Source: Ilumatobacteraceae bacterium (lineage in GTDB: Bacteria > Actinomycetota > Acidimicrobiia > Acidimicrobiales > Ilumatobacteraceae). Taken from it: a stretch of 55,124 nt of DNA. Below are positions 34,995 to 42,645 of the stretch, in pieces (position 1 is the stretch's first letter; each line of letters starts with the position of its first letter). The position numbers were made by a program, and so were the translations under genes. The notes beneath the pieces are model-generated. The model saw only the letters and a program-made list of their open reading frames with translations. It had not been told where the DNA came from and did no database searches. The stretch spans positions 1 to 55,124 of the forward strand of contig JAIOXC010000001.1 of the NCBI GenBank assembly GCA_021741795.1. The letters are read 5' to 3'.

Positions 34995-37900
34995 TTACTT
35001 GCTGGCCTTCTGCACGCGCACAGTGGACTTCTTTGTCGTTGTAATTGAGCCTTTTTTATCAACGATCAGAATTTGGAATGATGAATCCCCAACCTTGTTT
35101 TTGCTGATCTTGATGGCCTGTGCTGCTGCTGCAGGAACTGACTTGACCAAGATTCCGTCGCGATACACGTGCACTGTTGACTGCGCGGGCGCATTGACCT
35201 TGAGCACAACATTGTTACCCACCACCTTGCTTGAAGATGGCGTGAACACTGCTTGTGGCGCAACCACTGGAATTTGTGAGCCACGCGTTGGATTGACGAT
35301 GCGACTTACGGGTAGCACCGTGCTCGACCCAACAGATGGCTTGGACACCAGAGGTTGCGGAATAGTTGACGATGGCACTGTTGATGTCGGAATAGTTGAT
35401 GACGAAACCACGCGTCGAGCAATTGTTGTTGTCGTCTCGGGTGCCGCATCATCACCGCTACCACCACCGTTGTCACCACCGTTGTCACCACCGTTGTCAC
35501 CGCCACCACCACCCGATGGAACCGAAGTCGTAGAAGTCGTAGAAGTCGTAGAAGTCGTAGAAGTCGTAGAAGTCGTAGAAGTCGTAGAAGTCGTAGAAGT
35601 CGTAGAAGTCGTAGTCGGTGCAGCAGCGACCGGAGGCGTAGAACTCAATCGTGAATAGACGAGCAGGTTTGGTGACCCACTTCCAGCATTACTGATGACT
35701 CCCTGCGTCGCTGTGCTTGTAATCCATTCGGAAATTTGTGCAACAGAACTATTTGGTGCAATTTCCAAACCGAGTGCAACCACACCTGCAACATGCGGCG
35801 AGGCCATTGATGTTCCAGAAATAGTGTTTGATGCGGTCGTCGACGTGTACCAAGCCGAGGTGATGCTCGACCCGGGCGCAAACACGTCTACACATGATCC
35901 GTAGTTAGAGAACGACGAGCGCGCATCAGCCGACGTTGTTGCACCAACAGTGATCGCTAGTGGCTCACCTGCGGGCGACGACTGACAAGCATTCGCTGTG
36001 CTGTTACCTGCAGCCACCACAAACACCACGCCATCAGCCACAGCAGATTGCACTGCAATGTCAAGTGCTGAAGAACGACCACCGCCTAGCGACATGTTTG
36101 CAACGGCGGGTGTGCCTGCAGCGTGATTGGCAATGACCCAGTCGATACCGGCAATGACAGCAGAGGTGCTGCCCGAACCCGAGCAGTCAAGTACGCGCAC
36201 AGGAACAATTGCTACTCCTGAGGCGACTCCATAATTGCTGCCGCCAACCGTGCCAGCCACGTGTGTGCCGTGACCATTGCAATCTTCAGTGCCATTCGCA
36301 TCACTCACCGACGAAAAACCACTCAACACTCGCCCACCAAACTCGGTGTGTGTCGACAACACGCCAGTGTCGATGATGTATGCGGTCACTCCGCTTCCGG
36401 TGTACGCGCGACTGAACTGACTGTTGAGTGGTAAGGCTCGCTGATCAATGCGGTCAAGTCCCCACAGCGACGTCGGAGCCTCCGGCGTTGAAGCAGTTGC
36501 TGGTGTTACAGGATCCGTTGCAGTTGATGCAGCACTTGTACCAATTGCGTTTGTGGCAGTCACACTAAATGTGTAAGCGACACCATTTGTTAAACCTCGC
36601 ACTGTGCAGGTGAGGGCACCAGTTGATGTACAAGTTTTTGATCCAGGGTTTGATGTTGCGATGTATGAAGTGATCGGTCGACTTCCGTTGTCAAGTGGCG
36701 CCTCCCAATACAACGTGACCAACTGATCGCCAGCGCTTCCGCGCACATTGCGCGGTGCCGATGGTGCAGTTGGGTCTGGTGCCACAGTGAACTGCCAATT
36801 CAGTGTGGTCGAGCCTTTGCGATTGCCATAGCCATCAATCGCGAAGAAGTATGAATTGCCTGCAACGACGCTGACTGTGACACTGCTCCAAGTACCACCA
36901 CCGCTGTCGTCATTGGCGGCCAGTGTTGTCAGTCCATTGACTTGCGTGCCCGTGTATGCGCCCAACAATGTGTCAAAGACGCTGAGCCGAGTGTCGACTA
37001 CCAACGTGCCATCTTGCGTTGCCACCCACTTGTACCAAATAGAAGCTGATGCACCATAGCCACCGTGCGATGGCTCACCAGTTTCGCGACTCGCTGTCAA
37101 GGTGGAGCTTGAGACTGCTCCAGTCGTGCCCGAAAAAACTTCTGCACCTGCAAATGGATCGTTGGTTAAGGCACCGATCGTCGTGATTGAGTTTGAATTC
37201 AGCGATGCTGCACCCGTGCCCCGCGAGTTGATGGCCGAAACCCTGAAGAGCACACTGATTCCAACGGGAAGCGTGCGAATGGTTGCAATCGTGGCGGTGC
37301 TTACTGTGTCGACATATGTTGTCCAAGTCGAACCCGAGTTGGACGAATACTCAATCAAATAATCGGTGATCGGTGCTCCACCATCCGTTGTCGGTGTGTC
37401 CCAGTCGAGACCAACTTGACCAGTGTTGGCAGTTGCAACAGCATTGAGCGGTCGGCCTGGCGCGGTTGGAGTGAGCGGTGTGTACGCATCAGAAACATCG
37501 GACGGTGGTCCTGTCGCAACAGCATTGCGCGCACTGATTCGAAACTTGTGTGGCACTCCATCAGTGAGGCCAGTGATTGTGCGATTAGTGCCGTTGCCAG
37601 TTGGCTCTGGCCAAGTTGTCCACGACACACCGTCATCGATGGTGTACTCGACCACGTAGTTCGTGACCGTAGATCCGCCATCTGATGTTGGTGCGCCCCA
37701 TCGAAGCGCCACATATTGCGGACCAATAAGCACCTCAGTAATACAGCATGGAGCAGTTGGCACTCCGGGACTTGCAACTGCCGAAACGACCGATGGGTCT
37801 CCGGTGCCAGCACTATTACGCGCACTGACGCGAAAGATGTAACTCGATCCGCTCACCAAATCAGTGACTGTTGTCGACCGTATTGATGAAACGGGATCAG

Positions 37901-40136
37901 TGAAAGTTACCCACGTTGATCCAGATGACGATGAGTATTCAATTACATAGTCGGTAATGGTGTCGCCACCGTTTGTGGCCGGAATTGTCCATGAAAGACC
38001 AACTTGATTGAGGCCGTAGCTAGCAATCGCCAGATCGAGTGGCGCACTTGGAAGCGATGCGGCCCACGGAACGGCAATGACCACCGAAGAATACGCGCTC
38101 GTTCCAACACTGTTAACTGCGCTGACTCTCAATTGATAGGTCAAGCCATTGGTTAGACCAGTGACAGTGGTTGTTGTCGAAGTTGAAATGCTGTCGCTAA
38201 ATGTCGACCACGTTGTGCCGGAGTCTGCGGAAAATTGTGCGACATAATCAGTGATTGCCGAGCCGCCATTTTGTGTAGGCGCAGTCCATGTCAACCGCAC
38301 CGAGAGGCCAAGCGGTGTTGCGCTCAGCGATGTTGGCGCACTTGGTACACCAACAATTGCCGTTGCTGTAGAAGACGCTTCACTAGTGCCGCCACTGCTG
38401 ACAGCCTTGACGCGAAACTGATACGTCGTGCCATTCGTGAGTCCTGTCACTGTTGCAGCCGTACTCGTTGACACACCGTCAGCAAATACCGTCCATGTAG
38501 AACCGCTGTTTGATGAATACTCAACGACGTAATCGGTCACATCTGCGCCGCCACTTTGAGTCGGCGCGATCCACGCAAGAGATGCCTGCGTCACGCCACC
38601 AACCGCAGTGAGCGATGTTGGCACCGATGGCGCAACTGGGTTTGGCGATACAAATGCTGCACCCGTGTACAGCACGAGGTTTGGTGAGCCAGCAGCCAAA
38701 CCAGTGATGACATCGGGTGTTGCGCTATTGACGATCAATGCAGCAATTTGTGCGGGAGTTGCGGTTGGATCAGATTGCAACAGCAATGCTGCTGCACCTG
38801 CAACGTGAGGCGAAGCCATTGAAGTTCCCGAAAGCATTCGTGATGCACTCGATGAAGTGATGGTTGCCGACATGATGCTCACGCCTGGTGCAAACAAGTC
38901 AACGCATGATCCGTAGTTGGTAAATGACGCGCGATCATCACTGCCACCGATTGCTCCAACCGTGATTGCGGTTGGTTCTGACGCCGGCGAGTAACTGCAT
39001 GCCAAGCGGTTGTTGTTGCCTGCCGCCACCGCAAACACAATGCCGTCTGCCGTTGCGTTGGCAACAGCCGAGTTCAGTGAAGCCGAATACGAACCACCAA
39101 GACTCATGTTGGCCACTGCGGGTGTATAACTGGCGTGATCATTGATCGCCCAGTTGATACCCGCGATCACCCCCGATATAGAACCAGAGCCAGAACAACT
39201 CAATACTCGAATAGGAATAAGTGAAACCGCTTTTGCAATGCCATACGTAGAGCCGCCAATAGTGCCGGCTACGTGCGTGCCGTGCCTATTGCAGTCGGTA
39301 GTGCCGCGTCCATCGTCATACACCGTGTAACCCGCGCCTACACGACCACCAAAATCAATATGACTCGCCAGGATGCCGGTGTCAATGACATAGGCCGTCA
39401 CTCCAGCACCTGTGTTCGTATACGAATAACGCGAGTTGCGAGTGCCCGAACGTTGGTCAACTCGGTCAAGGCCCCATGGAGGGTCTACTTGATCTCCCTG
39501 CAACACAACAATGCGATCTTGCTCAATCGATTCGACACTCGGATCTTTCGCCAAACGCTCAAGTGCCAATGCATCAAGTACTGCCGCAAAACCATTGATT
39601 GCAGCTGTGTACACCGACAAAATTTGCGAACCCGTTGCGGCTTCGGTCGTTGCAAATGCGCGCGGAGCCACATCGTTTTTCAGCGTGACGATGTATTGAT
39701 CGGCAACTGGCACACCCATCAGGTTGGAAAGATCTGGGCCAAGCAAATCACCAAATTCGTTGATGCTCAGTGTGCGATCAAGTTCAACAAGCAAAACGTC
39801 TTTGTCTTTACGCAAGCGCACTACGTCAGCGTTTTCAAGTTCAACAACAAAGCCATCGACAGCCGACGAATACACATCGCTCACTGCATTACCAAGACCA
39901 GCTTCTTTAGCAACTTTGCGATCAAGGTTGACGCCGTCTTTCAAGATGACGATGTAGTCGCCTGTCGGTGCAATGGCCAAGGCCGGAGTTGATTCGACCG
40001 ACGCAAGCACCAGTGGTGCAAGCAGCGCAACGGCCATCAACGTCCGAATACAGCGTTGAGTCACTGCTGTCGTTACGCCCATACTGTGCAGTATCGGCTG
40101 TTTCCATCGATTCTTGAGAATCATTTCACTCATCAC
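34995..40136 (-). CDS. giant secreted multidomain subtilase: signal peptide, 2x I9, S8, 5x FN3, PPC-like, FN3, S8, Thr/Ser and GDNG linkers, C-terminal beta-rich region
   Basis: A single uninterrupted 1713-codon ORF. The signal peptide reads ...RTLMAVALLAPLVLASVESTPALA. Triad 1 is D252/H285/S439 and triad 2 is D1256/H1289/S1443. The true start may be Met5 or Met19. Confidence 0.85.
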   Translation of the reverse strand: MMSEMILKNRWKQPILHSMGVTTAVTQRCIRTLMAVALLAPLVLASVESTPALAIAPTGDYIVILKDGVNLDRKVAKEAGLGNAVSDVYSSAVDGFVVELENADVVRLRKDKDVLLVELDRTLSINEFGDLLGPDLSNLMGVPVADQYIVTLKNDVAPRAFATTEAATGSQILSVYTAAINGFAAVLDALALERLAKDPSVESIEQDRIVVLQGDQVDPPWGLDRVDQRSGTRNSRYSYTNTGAGVTAYVIDTGILASHIDFGGRVGAGYTVYDDGRGTTDCNRHGTHVAGTIGGSTYGIAKAVSLIPIRVLSCSGSGSISGVIAGINWAINDHASYTPAVANMSLGGSYSASLNSAVANATADGIVFAVAAGNNNRLACSYSPASEPTAITVGAIGGSDDRASFTNYGSCVDLFAPGVSIMSATITSSSASRMLSGTSMASPHVAGAAALLLQSDPTATPAQIAALIVNSATPDVITGLAAGSPNLVLYTGAAFVSPNPVAPSVPTSLTAVGGVTQASLAWIAPTQSGGADVTDYVVEYSSNSGSTWTVFADGVSTSTAATVTGLTNGTTYQFRVKAVSSGGTSEASSTATAIVGVPSAPTSLSATPLGLSVRLTWTAPTQNGGSAITDYVAQFSADSGTTWSTFSDSISTSTTTTVTGLTNGLTYQLRVSAVNSVGTSAYSSVVIAVPWAASLPSAPLDLAIASYGLNQVGLSWTIPATNGGDTITDYVIEYSSSSGSTWVTFTDPVSSIRSTTVTDLVSGSSYIFRVSARNSAGTGDPSVVSAVASPGVPTAPCCITEVLIGPQYVALRWGAPTSDGGSTVTNYVVEYTIDDGVSWTTWPEPTGNGTNRTITGLTDGVPHKFRISARNAVATGPPSDVSDAYTPLTPTAPGRPLNAVATANTGQVGLDWDTPTTDGGAPITDYLIEYSSNSGSTWTTYVDTVSTATIATIRTLPVGISVLFRVSAINSRGTGAASLNSNSITTIGALTNDPFAGAEVFSGTTGAVSSSTLTASRETGEPSHGGYGASASIWYKWVATQDGTLVVDTRLSVFDTLLGAYTGTQVNGLTTLAANDDSGGGTWSSVTVSVVAGNSYFFAIDGYGNRKGSTTLNWQFTVAPDPTAPSAPRNVRGSAGDQLVTLYWEAPLDNGSRPITSYIATSNPGSKTCTSTGALTCTVRGLTNGVAYTFSVTATNAIGTSAASTATDPVTPATASTPEAPTSLWGLDRIDQRALPLNSQFSRAYTGSGVTAYIIDTGVLSTHTEFGGRVLSGFSSVSDANGTEDCNGHGTHVAGTVGGSNYGVASGVAIVPVRVLDCSGSGSTSAVIAGIDWVIANHAAGTPAVANMSLGGGRSSALDIAVQSAVADGVVFVVAAGNSTANACQSSPAGEPLAITVGATTSADARSSFSNYGSCVDVFAPGSSITSAWYTSTTASNTISGTSMASPHVAGVVALGLEIAPNSSVAQISEWITSTATQGVISNAGSGSPNLLVYSRLSSTPPVAAAPTTTSTTSTTSTTSTTSTTSTTSTTSTTSTTSVPSGGGGGDNGGDNGGDNGGGSGDDAAPETTTTIARRVVSSSTIPTSTVPSSTIPQPLVSKPSVGSSTVLPVSRIVNPTRGSQIPVVAPQAVFTPSSSKVVGNNVVLKVNAPAQSTVHVYRDGILVKSVPAAAAQAIKISKNKVGDSSFQILIVDKKGSITTTKKSTVRVQKASK
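35466..35501. repeat. perfect 12-bp tandem repeat x3 (plus strand ACCGTTGTCACC; encodes GDNG x3)
   Basis: Counted directly. Confidence 0.9.
35524..35613. repeat. perfect 9-bp tandem repeat x10 (plus strand GAAGTCGTA; encodes (TTS)n)
   Basis: Counted directly: ten identical contiguous units. Confidence 0.95.
35649..36467 (-). other. S8 (proteinase K-like) catalytic domain 2
   Basis: WGLDR...IDTG...HGTHVAG...GTSMASPHVAG (aa about 1224-1496). It is clearly paralogous to domain 1. Confidence 0.8.
36783..37169 (-). other. PPC (pre-peptidase C-terminal)-like beta-sandwich
   Basis: NDPFAGAE...ETGEPSHGG...SIWYKW...FDTLLGAYTG...ANDDS...YFFAIDGY. Confidence 0.55.
37182..38630 (-). other. array of five fibronectin type III-like modules
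   Basis: A pattern recurs about every 95 aa: P..L......V.L.W..P...GG..ITDY...YS...G.TW........T...VTGL..G..Y.FRV.A.N..G. Confidence 0.7.
38661..39476 (-). other. S8 (proteinase K-like) catalytic domain 1
   Basis: WGLDR...IDTG...HGTHVAG...GTSMASPHVAG (aa about 221-492). Confidence 0.8.
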
Positions 40137-40204
40137 CGTATCCGTGGGGTGTCACGCCCGCTTTTTGTTCTATTTCGGCACTTTTATGCCCTTAGGCTTG
40201 CCGA

Positions 40205-41104
40205 ATGAGCACACACCAAAACACTCAATCTCAGCAAGTCGCTGTCGTCACAGGGGCCAACTCCGGCATTGGCCGAGCCACCGCCATTTACCTAGCCCAG
40301 AAGGGTTTCAGGGTGTTTGGCACCGTGCGCAGTCTCGACAAAGCGGCCAAACTCGTGGCACTTGCCGAGAAACTTGGCGTAGCGATCGAACTGGTCGAGA
40401 TGGATGTTGCTGATGATGCATCAGTGCGTCAAGGTTTCGCCGATATTTTTCGTGCATCCCCCCGCGTCGATGTGCTTGTCAACAACGCAGGCATCGGTGG
40501 CAACGGCGTCACCGAAGAAACGACACCCGAGCAATATTTTGATTCGTTCAACGTCAATGTCGTCGGCGTAGTGCGCTGCACGCAACAAGTGCTGCCGCAG
40601 ATGCGTGCTGCTAAAAGTGGCAGCATCGTCAACATTTCGTCAATTGTCGGTCGCATCGCTGCTGTTGCTCAATCGCCGTACGTCACTTCTAAATGGGCGC
40701 TCGAAGGCCTCACCGAAGGTCTTGCCCACGAAGTTGCACCGTTCGGTATTCGTGTCGTCATGATTGAACCAGGCATCACCAAGTCGTCGATCTTTATGAA
40801 AAATCTTGATGCACCAAATGCAAGTGGCGCGTACGACGCGCATTACCGACGCATGTTGCAGTTTTATGCCGCAGGCATTCCACACGCCACCGACCCGACC
40901 GAAGTTGGCGCACTGATTCATCACGCCATCACCACCGATACGCCTCAATTGCGATACCCATGTTCGTGGGGCGGTGATGAATTCATTACTGGTCGCGCCA
41001 AGATGAGCGATGCCGATTGGATCGCACTCGGAGCAGTCGAAAACGACGCCGATTACGAGATCGAGTTCAAAAAGGCTTTTGGAATCGACATCTCCCAAAG
41101 TTGA
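40205..41104 (+). CDS. short-chain dehydrogenase/reductase
   Basis: TGANSGIGRATA cofactor motif, NNAG, and Y..SK catalytic residues (YVTSK). Confidence 0.85.
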   Translation: MSTHQNTQSQQVAVVTGANSGIGRATAIYLAQKGFRVFGTVRSLDKAAKLVALAEKLGVAIELVEMDVADDASVRQGFADIFRASPRVDVLVNNAGIGGNGVTEETTPEQYFDSFNVNVVGVVRCTQQVLPQMRAAKSGSIVNISSIVGRIAAVAQSPYVTSKWALEGLTEGLAHEVAPFGIRVVMIEPGITKSSIFMKNLDAPNASGAYDAHYRRMLQFYAAGIPHATDPTEVGALIHHAITTDTPQLRYPCSWGGDEFITGRAKMSDADWIALGAVENDADYEIEFKKAFGIDISQS

Positions 41105-41183
41105 CAAGTTTGGTCGGGTTTCCGATATGCTGACCGCCCCATAGCAAGTTGCCCAAATGGGCGACCAAACCAAGGAGCCCCTC

Positions 41184-41816
41184 ATGTCAGTTCGTCTCGG
41201 AGACATTGCCCCAGACTTCACCGCTCAAACCACTCAAGGCGAGATCAAGTTTCACGACTGGCTCGGCGACTCGTGGGGCGTGTTGTTCAGCCATCCAAAA
41301 GATTTCACACCGGTCTGCACCACCGAACTTGGTTATGTCGCCAAGATCAAGCCAGAGTTTGACAAGCGCAACGTCAAAGTAATCGGCCTTTCGGTCGACA
41401 GCGTTGAGTCGCACGAAAAATGGGAAAGCGACATTGGCGAGACGCAAGGTACGCCAGTCAACTTTCCAATGATCGGCGACTCAGATCGCACGGTCAGCAA
41501 CTTGTACGACATGATTCACCCAAACGCCAATGACACGATGACCGTGCGCAGCGTGTTTGTCGTTGGGCCAGACAAAAAAGTGAAACTCACCATCACTTAC
41601 CCAGCGTCAACAGGCCGCAACTTCGATGAAGTGCTTCGCGTCATTGACTCGTTGCAACTCACCGCAAAGTTCAAGGTTGCAACGCCAGCTAACTGGACAG
41701 ATGGCAAAGATGTCATCATCGGCGCTGCTGTTACCGACGAAGAGGCAAAGACGCTTTTCCCAGGCGGTTGGAAGACCATTAAGCCGTACCTGCGAACATT
41801 GGCACAGCCAAAGTAA
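41184..41816 (+). CDS. 1-Cys (Prx6-type) peroxiredoxin
   Basis: HPKDFTPVCTTE. I chose the start at the internal Met, which has an AAGGAG SD 6 nt upstream. Confidence 0.85.
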   Translation: MSVRLGDIAPDFTAQTTQGEIKFHDWLGDSWGVLFSHPKDFTPVCTTELGYVAKIKPEFDKRNVKVIGLSVDSVESHEKWESDIGETQGTPVNFPMIGDSDRTVSNLYDMIHPNANDTMTVRSVFVVGPDKKVKLTITYPASTGRNFDEVLRVIDSLQLTAKFKVATPANWTDGKDVIIGAAVTDEEAKTLFPGGWKTIKPYLRTLAQPK

Positions 41817-41899
41817 ACGCAAGACAAATTTAGTCATTTCTTACATAACACAGGCTCTTTATCTAAGAAGTGATTTTAGTAAGAAATAGACTGAAGGGT

Positions 41900-42640
41900 A
41901 TGAACAACCCCCCAGAGTCAGCAGCTGCAAGTGCCACAAACGTCAGCAAGATCTATGGCCATGATGACAGCGAAGTGCGCGCCCTCGACGATGTCACGAT
42001 CCAATTCGAGAAGGGTCACTTCTCTGCAATCATGGGCCCAAGCGGCTCTGGCAAGTCAACGCTGATGCATTGCATGGCTGGCCTCGACTCGCTCACCACC
42101 GGTTCAGTATCCATCAATGGCATTGACTTGGGTGGTCTCAGCGATAAGGCACTCACTCAGTTACGTCGTGAACAAATTGGTTTCATTTTTCAGGCGTTCA
42201 ATTTGATTCCAACACTCAATGCCAAAGAAAACATTGTCCTCCCACTCTCACTCGGTGGGCTAAAAGGTGATGCTTCTTGGATAGAAAACGTGATTGACGC
42301 CATTGGATTGCGTGACAGGCTCGAACACCGACCAAGCGAACTCTCTGGTGGACAGCAGCAACGCGTTGCTGTTGCTCGCGCACTTGCAAGCAAGCCCGCA
42401 ATTATTTTTGCCGACGAGCCAACTGGCAACTTGGATTCAAAAACTGGTGGTGAAGTGCTCGGCTTTATGCGACGCGCTGTGACCGATCTGGGTCAGACCA
42501 TTGTGATGGTTACCCACGATGCAGTAGCGGCAAGTTATGCCGACCGCATTGTGTTTTTGAAAGATGGCAAGATCGCTGGCGAGATGTTTGAGCCAACACC
42601 AGATCGCGTGCTTGACTATCTCAAGCATCTCGGAGAATAA
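41900..42640 (+). CDS. ABC transporter ATP-binding protein (MacB/LolD-like)
   Basis: [24 protein letters not shown] and [11 protein letters not shown]. The start has a GAAGGG SD. Confidence 0.85.
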   Translation: MNNPPESAAASATNVSKIYGHDDSEVRALDDVTIQFEKGHFSAIMGPSGSGKSTLMHCMAGLDSLTTGSVSINGIDLGGLSDKALTQLRREQIGFIFQAFNLIPTLNAKENIVLPLSLGGLKGDASWIENVIDAIGLRDRLEHRPSELSGGQQQRVAVARALASKPAIIFADEPTGNLDSKTGGEVLGFMRRAVTDLGQTIVMVTHDAVAASYADRIVFLKDGKIAGEMFEPTPDRVLDYLKHLGE

Positions 42641-42645
42641 CCGTC

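Noticed and set aside
35524-35613. Possible CRISPR-like or other repeat array
   Set aside because: The units are 9 bp and contiguous, with no spacers. They lie in-frame inside a CDS and no cas genes are present. This is a coding minisatellite.
34984-35658. Plus-strand 224-aa ORF with striking PPLSPPLS and (EVV)n repeats
   Set aside because: It is the antisense reading of the protease linker minisatellites and has no independent coding signal. The minus-strand ORF has clear domain homology throughout.
39273-39992. Long antisense or alternative-frame ORFs in the track (also 13171-13779, 10420-11031, 29318-30013, 40640-41221, 50490-51251, 43728-44204)
   Set aside because: Each lies fully inside a gene with strong motif support on another frame or strand. 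Their products are Arg/Cys/Ser-rich and low in complexity, as expected for shadow ORFs.
34995-40136. The secreted protease as the client or effector of the adjacent AAA+/VWA pair
   Set aside because: The protease has a clear signal peptide and extracellular-type modules, whereas the ATPase and VWA proteins have no export signals. Adjacency alone does not support a functional link, so I reported only the transcriptional abutment.
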